A DNA stretch of 64,000 bases from Eledone cirrhosa (taxonomy: Eukaryota): positions 59,396,001-59,460,000 of the forward strand of contig OZ024741.1 of NCBI GenBank assembly GCA_964016885.1, written 5' to 3'. The stretch's first letter is position 1; the number at the start of each line of letters is the position of its first letter. The position numbers and the translations under genes were made by a program. Positions 51,317-64,000 of this stretch are shown here, piece after piece. The notes under the pieces were generated by a model that had not been told where the DNA came from, did not search any database, and saw nothing but the letters and a program-made list of their open reading frames with translations.

Positions 51317-52803
51317 CTACTGTGTGTAGTTGTCTCGTTTTTTGAAGTTATTGTTACAGATAGTTAGGTTATTTGCGTCACAGAATTCCAGGATTCTGGA
51401 GCCTTCCTCATTTCTAGTACCGAACCCATAGCCTCCATGGATTCCGTCATAGCCGTCGCAATGTTGTCCAACGTGACCATTTAGGTCGCCTGCAATAATT
51501 ATATAGTCACTGTCGGTTATTTGGGAGGTAGCGAGCATCAGTGTCTCATAGAATCTGTCTTTTATAGTGCCCGGCAGTCCGGATTAGGGTGCGTACGCAG
51601 ATATTACTGTCACCGTAGTTCTATTGAGGACAAGTCTTATTTTAATTATTCTGTCTTTCACTCTATTTACGTCTATTATCTTATCTGCCCACTTTTCTGC
51701 TACCATGATTCCTACCCCACCCAGCCCATTGTCATTTCCCACCCAGAAAAGCTTATAGGCATCGTTCTTTACCCACGATGAATCTAGCAGACCCTCCTCT
51801 CCACCTGGTCTCTTGAATACAACAAACATCGACCTCCTTACGTTCAAGCATTTCTACAACCTCGTTAGAGCGATCCTTTAAGGTGCCTACATTCAAGGTA
51901 CCAACTCTGAAGTTTGGGATTGCGTTTGGAGGGGGGGGGGGCGCAGGGGGGGGGGAGATGGGGTTATGTTAGCCATCCGCGGCCGAAACAAGGGGGAGGA
52001 GTGTTTGCATTCTCGTCCACGAGATGAATTTGTCTTTATCTTTGGCATTGTCGCTGAGCGTCCAGATTCTTCTCTCTCTTCAACTCTCCAGAATTTCGTA
52101 GTTCATCCATCATATCGAAAGACAACCAGGTAAGCGATAGTATAGGCCTCTGACTTATGATTGGTCCATGTAATAATGGTGGTACGTGGGGGCGGTAGGG
52201 AGGGATTTTGGGTAGTTAGCGAGAGTGTAAGGTTATAAATAAGATCCCCGTATCTTGGGCATAATTTAACAAGCATAAACAAAAATACAAGATTGTTTTG
52301 GAAAATACGACTGTATCGATGAGAAAGACAAAGATTGGAAAAAAATGATAGAGAATGGCGAATGAATGGACGAATGAATTAAAATGGAGAGGAGAATGGA
52401 GAGAAAATATTTGTACATTACATTATACCAAGGAGACAGCCATACCAGAACAGGGCTTTGGCGATTCTGATTTTTTTTTCGTATTTGGTAGGGTTTATCT
52501 TATGTGTATAGAGACGGGGGGCGGGGTTGGCCGCGAACCAGCATGATGTATGAGGGGAGGAGGAGAGACAGGGGGAGCAGAGGTTAAGAGTTTAAATAAA
52601 GCACTCGAAATTTGGCGTAAAAATTTAGCCAGCATAACAAAATATATTTAAAAGGAATATATAAGAAGGATTTGTTTTGTTTTGAAAATACGACAGAATT
52701 AAGGTTGGCTAGTTAGCGAGAGGGTAAGGTTATATATAAAATCCCCGTATCTTGGGCATAATTTAACAAGCATAAACAAAAATACAAGATTGTTTTGGAA
52801 AAT
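51317..52803 (-). mobile_element. 5' part of an RTE-type LINE: 5' UTR and AP-endonuclease domain
   Basis: RVGTLNVGT, YKLFWVG...GGVGIMV, VISAYAP, AGDLNGHVG and GTRNEEGSRILEFC...NNFKKR. Confidence 0.85.
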
Positions 52804-52846
52804 ATATTAATATATATATATATATTAATATATATATATATATATA

Positions 52847-52890
<44 letters not shown>

Positions 52891-52954
52891 TATATATATA
52901 TATATATTAATATATATATATATATATATTAATATATATATATATATATATATA

Positions 52955-53050
<96 letters not shown>

Positions 53051-53190
53051 AATTAAAATACTAGAGTGTGTTGGAGTTAAACACCCTCTTCGTATTATAG
53101 AAATGACAGTAAAGGTATAGCTCAATGTAATTAAACAGACCCGAAGAATTATGAAAATAAACCAAAGAAGCCTTCAATACATCAAAGTCT

Positions 53191-53240
53191 TTATTAGCCA
53201 ACAATGTTTCGTCCTATTAAGGACTCATCAGGGCAATTAA
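53191..53240 (-). ncRNA. Minimal type I HHR
   Basis: Reverse complement of 55332-55381. Confidence 0.8.
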
Positions 53241-55331
53241 AGTTATAAGAAGCACTATCGGCCAATACAAGCCAAAAACTCAGAAGAATATGGAGTGTAC
53301 ATACATTAAAGCATAGGAAGATTATCGGGTAAAAATTATCAAGTAAAAATTGCTAAGGAAGTGAATAACATTTTGAACCATATTACAAATATAGTCAAAT
53401 GCAAAAACTAAAGCTAAACAAAGGTGGTGATATAGAGCGAGAATTATTGTACTATATATAATATAATATAATATAAAATAATATAATTGATAATGACAAT
53501 AATAATAATAATATTAAAAGGCCCAATATATCTAATAAACGGACTTAAGTAGAATTATGGTAGGCCAATGGGGACAGAAAAAAAGAAATGTATGGAGGAT
53601 ACGAAGGAGCATAAAATCATAATCAATATACTGTATTATACAATAGAAAGGAGCATAAAAGGGAATTGAATATAATTATAGTATATTTGAAGGGGCGAAT
53701 GACAAGTGTGTGTTAATTATCCAAAGAAGAATCCAAATAAAATAAAATAAAATAAAATAAAATAAAATAAAATGAAATAAAATTTTATTTTATTTTATTT
53801 GGATTCTTCTTTGGATAATTACCCCCCACCCCCACCCCACACACACACTTGTCATTCGCCCCTTCAAATATACTATAATTATATTCAATTCCCTGTTATG
53901 CTCCTTTCTATTGTATAATACAGTATATTGATTATGATTTTATGCTCCTTCGTATCCTTCATACATTTCTTTTTTTCTGTCCCCATTGGCCTACCATAAT
54001 TCTACTTAAGTCCGTTTATTAGATAACGTTATTCAACTGATAGTAGAATATTTCATTCTTTTCCACATATTTTTATAGTGATATCTTAAACTTTGGAGTC
54101 TTTGATTACTTAAACCATAGCTAATTTTGTATTGACTTATGTATTTTAAATACTTTCAATATTAATTAATTTAATAGGGTTTTCTAATCATTTATCCGGG
54201 TTTGTTTCCTTAATTTTTTACTTAACTGCATGTGACACCTAAGTAAATACTTTTGTTTTTGTTTTTCGATTTCGGTTGATTTTATTTATATATTTATACT
54301 ACCGTGCGTAGTTTTCTGTCTGGTTCTTATTCACTTATTCACAAATGTCTGTCCACCAACCATGTAATTATGTATATTATACTATGTTCAATATTTTATA
54401 CTGAAATTTTTATATCATTCCACTCTTTGTAAACGTAATACTGATCTTTATTATTTACCGATTATTAAATGTACCATTATGTTATGTTAAATTTTGTAAA
54501 TTCTGTAATATGTTTACATTTTAATAATTTTTGTAATGTTTGGATAATATTTATTTACACCAATCGTAGAGAAATGTGACCTCCATCTATTTTCTTGCAA
54601 TGGTTTTTGATGTTTCCAACATAATTTTTCCAACATAATTTAGTTCTGTACAATATTTTTCTCATCCGGTCTGTAACTCTATATGATTTGTTAAGTTATA
54701 TACCATTATATTATAATATTGTTATTATAGTGTTATTGTAACATTTATATTAAATTAACCGGAGAGTATCTATTATATAATTATATAGTTTATTATTATA
54801 TATTATATGTTTACTTTTAATCATTTCTTCTTCATTATATACTATAAATAATATATGTATTATATTTTTATTTTCATTTTTATTTTCATTTTTATTCTTA
54901 TTATTCTGATTATTCTTATTTATATTTAAACTCTTAATAAGGGTTAGTTTGGGCTTGTATTGATGGAAATGTGTATTGATATACATGTATATATGTGTAC
55001 ATATGTATATATATATATATGTATATTGGGCCTTTTAATATTATTATTATTATTGTCATTATCAATTATATTATATTATATTATATTATATTATATTATA
55101 TTATATTATATTATATATAGTACAATAATTCCCGCTCTATATCACCACCTTTGTTTAGCTTTAGTTTTTGCATTTGACTATATTTGTAATATGGTTCAAA
55201 ATGTTATTCACTTCCTTAGCAATTTTTACTTGATAATTTTTACCCGATAATCTTCCTATGCTTTAATGTATGTACACTCCATATTCTTCTGAGTTTTTGG
55301 CTTGTATTGGCCGATAGTGCTTCTTATAACT

Positions 55332-55381
55332 TTAATTGCCCTGATGAGTCCTTAATAGGACGAAACATTGTTGGCTAATAA
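55332..55381 (+). ncRNA. Minimal type I HHR
   Basis: GCC-CTGATGA-GTCC ttaata GGAC-GAAAC-ATT-GTT-GGC. Confidence 0.8.
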
Positions 55382-55420
55382 AGACTTTTGATGTATTGAA
55401 GGCTTCTTTGGTTTATTTTC

Positions 55421-55470
<50 letters not shown>

Positions 55471-55539
55471 TATATATATATATATATATATTAATATATA
55501 TATATATATATATATATATTAATATATTAATATATATAC

Positions 55540-57400
55540 TATTAGCAGCATCATCATTAACTGTTGCAAGGGTAAAGGAGATGCCCTAGATAGGAGTAAC
55601 TATAGAGGCATTAAATTAATCGACCAGGTCATGAAGGTGACGGAAAAAGTAATAGCGCAACTAATCAGGGAGAGAATTGATCTAGATGAAATGCAGTTCG
55701 GTTTTGTGTCAGGCAAAAGTACCACAGACGCTCTTTTCATTGTACGACAACTACAGGAGAAGTACCTAGCTAAAAGTAAACCCCTATACTTAGCTTTTGT
55801 TGACTTGGAGAAAGCCTTCGACAGAGTCCCCCGTTCCATTATCTGGTGGGCTCTTAGAAAACTAGGTGTTGACGAATGGCTTGTGAGAGCTATACAAGCC
55901 ATGTATAAAGAAAGTCAGCAAGGTTAGAATTAACAACGAATATAGTGAAGAGTTTAGTGTAAAAGTTGGTGTTCATCAGGGCTCTGTTCTTAGCCCCCTA
56001 CTATTTATTATTGCCCTTCAGGCTATAACAGTGGAGTTCAAGACCGGCTGCCCATGGGAACTCCTATACGCAGATGATATAACGCTCATAGCTGAATCAA
56101 TGGCCGAGCTAGAGAAGAAATTCCAAACATGGAAGCACGGCCTAGAATCAAAAGGCCTTAAAATTAACCTGGCTAAGACTAAAGTTCTAGTTTGTAGGAA
56201 AGAAAATAAGGCGCCGGTCCCTTCCGGGAAATGGCCATGCCCAGTGTGTAGGAAAGGCGTAGGTAGAAACTCCATTTTATGTCCCAAATCCAAAGTATGG
56301 GTGCATAAAAGATGTAGTGGGATCACAGGTAAGCTAACTAAGAACATAGATTTTACATGTGGCCGGTGCTCTGGTGCAATAAGTAGCAGCAAGTGCCCAC
56401 AAATACTAGCTCTTTCAATTGCGCAGAGAGTTCTATAGAAATAGTGGACAACTTCCGTTACCTGGGTGACAAAATCAGCAGTGGGGGAGGGTGCTCTGAA
56501 AGTATACTAGCTAGAGTCAGAACTGGATGGAAAAAGTTCAGAGAGCTTATACCACTATTAGCCGCTAAAGGGTTCTCCCTAAAAATGAAAGGCAGGTTGT
56601 ATGATGCCTGCATACGAACAGCAATGTTGCATGGCAGTGAGACCTGGGCTTTGTGTGCAGAGGATATACTCAGACTAGAGAGGAACAAAGCTTGCATGCT
56701 CCGCTGGATGTGTAATAGTAACATACGTGAACGGCAAAGCATAAATGAACTAAGGAAAAAATTAGAAATAAGAGGAATCAGATGTTGTTTACTCGAGAGA
56801 AGGCTACGTTGGTATGGTCACCTGATGCGCATGAAAAACGACAGCTGTATAACAAAGTGCAGGGCAATAAAGATAGACGGTAGCCACGGAGTAGGCAGAC
56901 CCAGAAAAACCTGGGACGAGCTGATAAATTCCAACCTCACACACTTACACCTCTCCAAGACAATGTCACTGGACCGAGACCTTTGGCGGTACTCAGTAAT
57001 AGAGAAGACCCGCCTTACCTAAATACAAAGTAAAACCTACTACAGCCAGTAGGCATCTCTAACAAAATACACCCCCGTCCCACCCCAACCACACCGCCCC
57101 TTTAAATGTAAAGTTATGTTGGTGCCACAACATCCAGGCCGAAACAAATGAGATCGTGTAGGTGTCACGACAAAAAAACACACAGTCCACGCTGTAATGT
57201 GGCCGTGTAGGCAACACGGTAAAAACCTCCCAGCCCTACACTGTAAATGTGGTTGGTGTTAGGAAGGGCATCCAGCTGTAGAAAACCCGCTAGACAGTCC
57301 TACGCGAGCAAGACAATCACTATTGCCTCAAGTGGGAAAACTCCCGTCCAAACCCATGCAAGCGTGGAACACGGACGTTAAACGATGATGATGATGATGA
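55540..57400 (+). mobile_element. RTE family B; ~1.86 kb, 5'-truncated, frameshifted
   Basis: ORFs at 55631, 56031 and 56393, plus the 3' UTR and (GAT)n tail. Confidence 0.93.
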
Positions 57401-58110
57401 TATAGAGTTATAAACTCAAACAGTCTTTTACAAGTAATTAGCTCAAAGAAAGAAGTATTTCTGAGCCGTGAAATACAAGTTAATATACATTGATATATAT
57501 GATAAACACTAATACAATCATATAAGTGTTTGTATTGCAAATGACCAAGTTAGCTAGATTGAAAAATACTAATTAGATTAATACAGTTTGCCTGTCTCGA
57601 TTTAAAATAGTAAATCAATAAAAACAAACCCATATTGGCAATAGCCGTGGTACTTGGACAAATTTAAATTTCAAAATCCAAACCTGTTCCGTAGATAAGT
57701 TTAAACTTCAAAACCCAAATAAGTTTCGATAATTGAAAAAGTCAAAAATTACATCTTCTGTTCTCATCAGCGAGTACCCAGAAAAATTGGTATGTTTCAC
57801 CTCAAAATATTTAGGAGGACTGATAGATGCACATGGTTTCTCAGCTCCTAGCTACCCCATACTCGTGCTGCTAGAAATAACAGCCGTTATTATGGGACTA
57901 AAATTTAGCTCAACAAAAGGAGCAGTTAATACTATATATAGAGTTATAAACTCAAACAGCCTTTTACAATTAATTATCTCAAAGAAAGAAGTATTTCTGA
58001 GCCGTGAAATACAAGTTAATATAAATTAATATATATGATAAACACTAATACATTTATATAAGTGTTTGTATTGCAAATGACCAAGTTAGCTAGATTGAAA
58101 AATACTAATT
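57401..58110 (-). repeat. HHR-containing tandem repeat, subfamily A, 536-bp period (~1.3 units)
   Basis: TATAGAGTTATAAACTCAAACAG occurs at 57401 and 57937. Confidence 0.85.
57649..57778 (-). ncRNA. Type I HHR with long helix III (subfamily A)
   Basis: Minus strand: GGTACTCG-CTGATGA-GA...TC-GAAAC-long hairpin-GTC-CAAGTACC. Confidence 0.75.
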
Positions 58111-58255
58111 AATATATTAATATATATTAATATATATATATATATATATATTAATATATATATATATTAATATATATATATATATTAATATATATATATA
58201 TATATATATCAATATATATATATATATATATATTAATATATATATATATATATAT

Positions 58256-58293
<38 letters not shown>

Positions 58294-58294
58294 A

Positions 58295-58530
58295 AATAAA
58301 TATGTACGTGATGAAACACAGATACCAACACATCTGTATATATATTTCAAAAGAAAAATTTAGCCAGATTGAAGTATACTAATTATTATACTACAGTTTG
58401 TCCATATCGATTTAAAATAATAAATCAACAGAGACGAACTGTATTGCCAAGAGGCCGTGATGTTTAGACACATTTAAATTTCAAAATCAAACCTGTTCCG
58501 TAGATAAGTTTAGACTTTAAGATCCAAATA
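58295..58530 (-). repeat. Third diverged partial unit of the HHR repeat family (helix III and GUC site only)
   Basis: Homologous to 57500-57720. Confidence 0.7.
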
Positions 58531-58571
58531 TATATATATATATATATATTAATATATATATATATATATTA

Positions 58572-58620
<49 letters not shown>

Positions 58621-58794
58621 AATATACATTAAAATATATGATAAACACAAAACGTGTTTGCATTGCAACAGACAGTCAGCTATTAATGAAATAAACTAAT
58701 TAAAGTGAATACAATTTGTCTGTCTCGATATAAGTCAATAAAGACAAGCTTATATTGGCAAAGGCCATGATGTGAGATGTACTAATTTCTACTG

Positions 58795-58970
58795 GATCCT
58801 GTTGATATGCACAGAAGATTTGGATATTTCACTTTTTATTTCAATTCCATTTCGATTCTCTTTATTTTTTAAATTCACATACCACCATTGCGAAACGGAT
58901 TTAGGTTTCGAGGTTCAAATTCGTCTAAAGAACAGGTTTGGATTTTGAAATTTAAATCTGTCCAGGAATC
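58795..58970 (+). ncRNA. Variant type I HHR (subfamily B, unit 1)
   Basis: As 59350-59526, with a 1-nt deletion in helix I. Confidence 0.65.
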
Positions 58971-59349
58971 ATGGCCTTTGCCAATATAAGCTTGTCTTTA
59001 TTGACTTATATCGAGACAGACAAATTGTATTCACTTTAATTAGTTTATTTCATTAATAGCTGACTGTCTGTTGCAATGCAAACACGTTTTGTGTTTATCA
59101 TATATTTTAATGTATTTAACTGCTCGGAAATGCCCCTTTCCTGGAGCTTAATTATTGTAAAGGACTGAGAGCCTATTCTCAAAATATTATATAGTATATT
59201 GCTCCTTAAATGTTAGAGCTGATCTTTAATCCCGCATATATGGCTGTTATTTCTAGCACCGTTAATGCAGCACGGCTAGTTTGGTCTGGCTATACACGTG
59301 TAGTCAGACTTGCAAAATTTTTTGATGTGAGATGTACTAATTTCTACTG

Positions 59350-59526
59350 GATTCCTGTTGATATGCACAGAAGATTTGGATATTTCACTTTTTATTTCAA
59401 TTCCATTTCGATTCTCTTTATTTTTTAAATTCACATACCACCATTGCGAAACGGATTTAGGTTTCGAGGTTCAAATTCGTCTACAGAACAGGTTTGGATT
59501 TTGAAATTTAAATCTGTCCAGGAATC
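59350..59526 (+). ncRNA. Variant type I HHR (core UUGAUAU: U3-A8 and U9) with long helix III
   Basis: GATTCCTG-TTGATAT-GCA...TGC-GAAAC-~27-bp hairpin-GTC-CAGGAATC. Confidence 0.7.
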
Positions 59527-59776
59527 ATGGCCTTTGCCAATATAAGCTTGTCTTTATTGACTTATATCGAGACAGACAAATTGTATTCACTTTAATTAGT
59601 TTATTTCATTAATAGCTGACTGTCTGTTGCAATGCAAACACGTTTTGTGGTTATCATATATTTTAATGTATTTAACTGCTAGGAAATGCCCCTTTCCTGG
59701 AGCTTAATTATTGTAAAGGACTGAGAGCATGTTCTCAAAATATTATATAGTATATTAATATATATATATATATATA

Positions 59777-59828
<52 letters not shown>

Positions 59829-59838
59829 TATATATATA

Positions 59839-59900
<62 letters not shown>

Positions 59901-59997
59901 TATATATATATTAATATATATATATATATATATTAATATATATATATATTAATATATATATATTAATATATATATATATATATATATATATTAATAT

Positions 59998-60433
59998 ACA
60001 GTATTTTCCGTTGTGTTGTAATATAAATATTACACACAGTAGATTGACAGCTCACGTAGAGTTTGCTCGACGGTTCCAGTTGAAATTCCAAAAGTAATCC
60101 GGAGAAAAATAGAAAGATTTGAATGGATACAGTTTAGTTGAAAGGAATTTATTGACACGTGTTTAGTTACATAACCTGAAAACAGCTGCTATCTACAAAG
60201 TATTAGTTATGCAGACAATCAATATTTCAATGTTATTATTTACTGTCATTTCATCAGAATGAAATGACAGTAAATTTCTGATGAAATGACAGTAAATAAT
60301 AATATTGAAATATTGATTGTCTGCATAACTAATACTTTGTAGATAGCAGCTGTTTTCAGGTTATGTAACTGTTATAGAAACACGTGTCAATAAATTCCTT
60401 TCAACGAAACTGTATCCATTCAAATCTTTCTAT
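59998..60433 (-). mobile_element. Fold-back element (arms ~60109-60259 / 60276-60433)
   Basis: ~150-bp inverted repeat in (TA)n. Confidence 0.75.
60276..60390 (+). ncRNA. Minimal HHR with long helix II; 5' strand of helix I mostly lost at the fold-back junction
   Basis: CTGATGA-A ATGACAG...CTGTTAT A-GAAAC-ACGT-GTC. Confidence 0.65.
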
Positions 60434-60448
60434 ATATATATATATATA

Positions 60449-60540
<92 letters not shown>

Positions 60541-60590
60541 TATATATATATATACATATATATATATTAATATATATATATATATATATA

Positions 60591-60645
<55 letters not shown>

Positions 60646-60651
<6 letters not shown>

Positions 60652-61157
60652 AGCCCCATAAAAACGGCTGTTATTTCTAGCAGCACGAGTATGAGGCAGC
60701 TAGACACTGAAAATCCATGTGCGTTGATCAGTCTTCTTAAATATTTTGAAGTGAAACATACCAATTTTTCAGAGTACTTGCTGATGAGATCTGAATTTGG
60801 TATTTTTTCACTTTTTCATTTATCGAAACTTATTTGGATTTTGAAGTTTAAACTTATCTACGGAGCAGGTTTGGATTTTGAAGTTTAAATTTGTCCAAGT
60901 ACCACGGCCATTTGCCAATATGATTTGTTTTTATTGATTTATTATTTTAAATCGAGACAGGCAAATTGTATAATTATAATTAGTATTTTTCATTCTAGCT
61001 AACTTAGTCATTTACAATACAAACACTTATATGTTGGTATTTGTGTTTATCATATATATTAATTTATATTAACTTGTATTGCACGGCTCAGAAATGCTTC
61101 TTTCTTTGAGCTATTTCATTGTAAAGGACTGTTTGAGTTTAGAACTCTTTATTCATA

Positions 61158-61160
<3 letters not shown>
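60646..61160 (+). repeat. One unit of HHR repeat subfamily A (opposite orientation to 57401)
   Basis: Reverse-complement homologous to 57401-57910. Confidence 0.85.
60774..60902 (+). ncRNA. Type I HHR with canonical core and long G.U-rich helix III
   Basis: GTACTTG-CTGATGA-GAT...ATC-GAAAC-tt-24-bp hairpin-tt-GTC-CAAGTAC. Confidence 0.8.
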
Positions 61161-61819
<659 letters not shown>

Positions 61820-61948
61820 GGAAAGTTATATTTAAATTGTTGTGTTACAACTAGTAAATATTTATAACTGATATAAAAGCACTCGACAAATATTTGGAGT
61901 ATATTTACAATATTAAATAAATGGAAACTATATTTATAAAACCATATT

Positions 61949-62014
61949 TATTTCATTATATATATTTCAGGGATAACATATTAACAATATGCTATGCCTT
62001 CCTCAGACAAAATA
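61949..62014 (-). ncRNA. Minimal type I HHR
   Basis: Minus strand: TATTTTGT-CTGAGGA-AGG c ATAGCATATT gtt AATATGTTAT c CCT-GAAAT-ATAT-ATA-ATGAAATA. Confidence 0.78.
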
Positions 62015-63453
62015 CAATATAAACAGTTCTATAGATAAATAGATAAATAGATTCGACATACCGTACCAACATCTACTTGCATTTGAGAAGGTTGATTTGG
62101 TTGTGACAAAATTGTACACAGAGAGAAAGAAAGAGAGAGAGAGAGAGAGAAAAAGAGAGAAAAAAGGAAAGAAAGACAGAAAACGAAGAAAAAGAAAAAG
62201 AAGAAATGCATGGAACAAAATAGAGAGATGGAAAGATAGATAAAGAGAAGAACTTCATGTAAAGAAACAGAAAGAGAGATATATATATATAGAGAGAGGA
62301 AATAGAGATAGATACATATATAGAAAGCTAGGTAGTGGAACGACTGTTGAATAACGTATCAATGATACATTTATTTGTTTATTTATTTATTTAGCTCTAG
62401 TATTAATGTAAGGGAGATATATGGAGGGAAAACCAGCTGTTAAATAGGGAGAGAAAAAATATAGAGAGAGAAAAAAGAGAGAGAGAAAATTCAAAAACAT
62501 CCAGAGACAAGCGAGGCGTACAAACCTCTGTTTTAATGTAGAGGTATTAGTAATTACAAAACCAGCCTCTGCATTGTAAATATCAGTATTCCTGAATGAG
62601 ATATGTATCCACAATGTGTGAAAATTAATGATCTTATGTTTAGTTTTTAAAAAAATTCATATGTTTATGTGATAATTACAAACATCTATGTGAATGTACA
62701 TGATCAATTCTGCAAACCCTAAGTTCACGGAAAGTATTCTCAATGCTGTGTAAAAATTTAAGTATACATATATGTGTATATAGAGTCAATATTACTATTT
62801 CTGTCTCTACTCTACAAGATTATCTATCAAGCAAAGATAGAGCAGATTTCAATATACTAATAAAAATAAAAATAAAAAATAAAAATATATCGGAAACAAA
62901 ACTAAACTAAAATAACAATAATAATAATAAGTAATAATAAAATAGAAAACTAAGAAATATTACGAAAGAGTATTACATATTAAAAATATTACATATTACA
63001 TATTAAAAAAAAAATTTACATATTAAAAATTTACATATTAAAAATATTAAAAATAAAACATTAGGAAATACTACAGTAATAAAAATAAAATAAAATAAAC
63101 CACAAAGATCAACCCTTCAAAATTAATTGACAATATATTGCCAAGTTCATTATAAACATCAGAGTCGAAAAACAGATAAAGCCAAAAATTATCTATCAAA
63201 TCGCATCTAGCAAAGATCATTTCAAAAAAGTATAGGATGCCCAATTTGGTCTACATGTGTTCTTATATTTAATATAGAAGTTTATCTAGTGTAACGTTTA
63301 TTCGAAATATTTGGAGCATCAACTTTTAGGATAGTTTAATTTTTCATGAAGAATGTTTAAATAAATAAAATAAAATAAAAATAAAAAGAGTAAAAAGAGA
63401 ATCAAAGATTTATCGGCTAGTTTCCCATATAATTATAAATCAAACTAAATATA

Positions 63454-63810
63454 CTACATTTTAAATTTAAATTTATATTTAAACGTTGAGTTTAATCTAT
63501 GTTTGCAACAACTGAATAAATTTGTCCGTAGATTAAGGGAATTTTTAGATTTTAGTATAAAGAATATCTCCTCTGCGCAGAGGTCACATGTCTCAGAGGA
63601 TGAATTAAAAGGAATCCCTCTTGAGACTATATTCCAAGCCGTCGAATATCTAACGTTATCTAGCTTAAGTTGCCATAGTACGCCTGATAGTGCCGTTGAA
63701 GATTTTTTACTTGGATCTGTGAAAGAATTCTTGTGGTTATTATAGCGAAGTTTAAATTCCGTCGATGTGGAACCGACGTAGTTAAAAGAATTAGAGTCAG
63801 TATTAACATT
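63454..63810 (-). CDS. C-terminal half of a PLE GIY-YIG endonuclease (5'-truncated; no start codon, so absent from the ORF track)
   Basis: Hand translation, open to TAG at 63454: ...YVGSTSTEFKLRYNNHKNSF...STALSGVLWQLK...AWNIVSRGIPFNSSSETCDLCAEEIFFIL...LNLRTNLFSCCKHR. Confidence 0.8.
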   Translation of the reverse strand, partial: NVNTDSNSFNYVGSTSTEFKLRYNNHKNSFTDPSKKSSTALSGVLWQLKLDNVRYSTAWNIVSRGIPFNSSSETCDLCAEEIFFILKSKNSLNLRTNLFSCCKHRLNSTFKYKFKFKM

Positions 63811-64000
63811 ACTGTTAATGGATGTTTTTGAATTTTCTCTCTCTCTTTTTTCTCTCTCTATATTTTTTCTCTCCCTATTTAACAGCTGGTTTTCCCTCCA
63901 TATATCTCCCTTACATTAATACTAGAGCTAAATAAATAAATAAACAAATAAATGTATCATTGATACGTTATTCAACAGTCGTTCCACTACCTAGCTTTCT

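Larger units (their letters stand above)
53048..55422 (-). mobile_element. Complex PLE-like element with nested inversions (53151-53530 / 55022-55422 and 53531-53780 / 53783-54023)
   Basis: Long inverted repeats, an HHR in the outer arms and (TA)n flanks. A possible decayed GIY-YIG (VIYIIT...) lies on the minus strand near 54380. Confidence 0.7.
58624..59756 (+). repeat. HHR-containing tandem repeat, subfamily B, 555-bp period (~1.8 units), with a 5' inverted segment (58624-58771)
   Basis: GATGTGAGATGTACTAATTTC occurs at 58769 and 59324. The inverted segment matches 58968-59115. Confidence 0.85.
61819..64000 (-). mobile_element. 3' part of the second PLE type: GIY-YIG C-terminus, ~1.4-kb 3' UTR and HHR; the 5' inversion (63819-64000 = reverse complement of 62322-62503) runs off the window
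   Basis: Open frame, HHR and inverted repeat are all visible. Confidence 0.8.

Overview
This is an AT-rich eukaryotic (animal) repeat region. An octopod cephalopod is inferred from the (TA)n/(GAT)n load and the SINE types. I find no intact host gene. The window is mostly nested retroelement debris inserted into (TA)n microsatellites: at least three RTE-type LINE families whose RT carries a PHD-like finger, GIY-YIG Penelope-like elements (PLEs) of two types, R4/Dong-type remnants, two tRNA-SINE families, mariner remnants and a MITE, and a tiny internally deleted Gypsy-like element. It also holds an intronless, decayed EEPD1-like pseudogene. The main hidden signal is RNA structure. About 15 type I hammerhead ribozyme (HHR) motifs from about 8 unrelated sequence families lie in PLE termini, in non-coding fold-back elements and in non-coding tandem units. 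The most striking case is a 536/555-bp tandem, retrozyme-like repeat at 57.4-61.2 kb. Its HHR has a very long G.U-rich helix III, compensatory changes between subfamilies, and a U3-A8 core variant. All folds and homologies were read by eye, and element boundaries are approximate.
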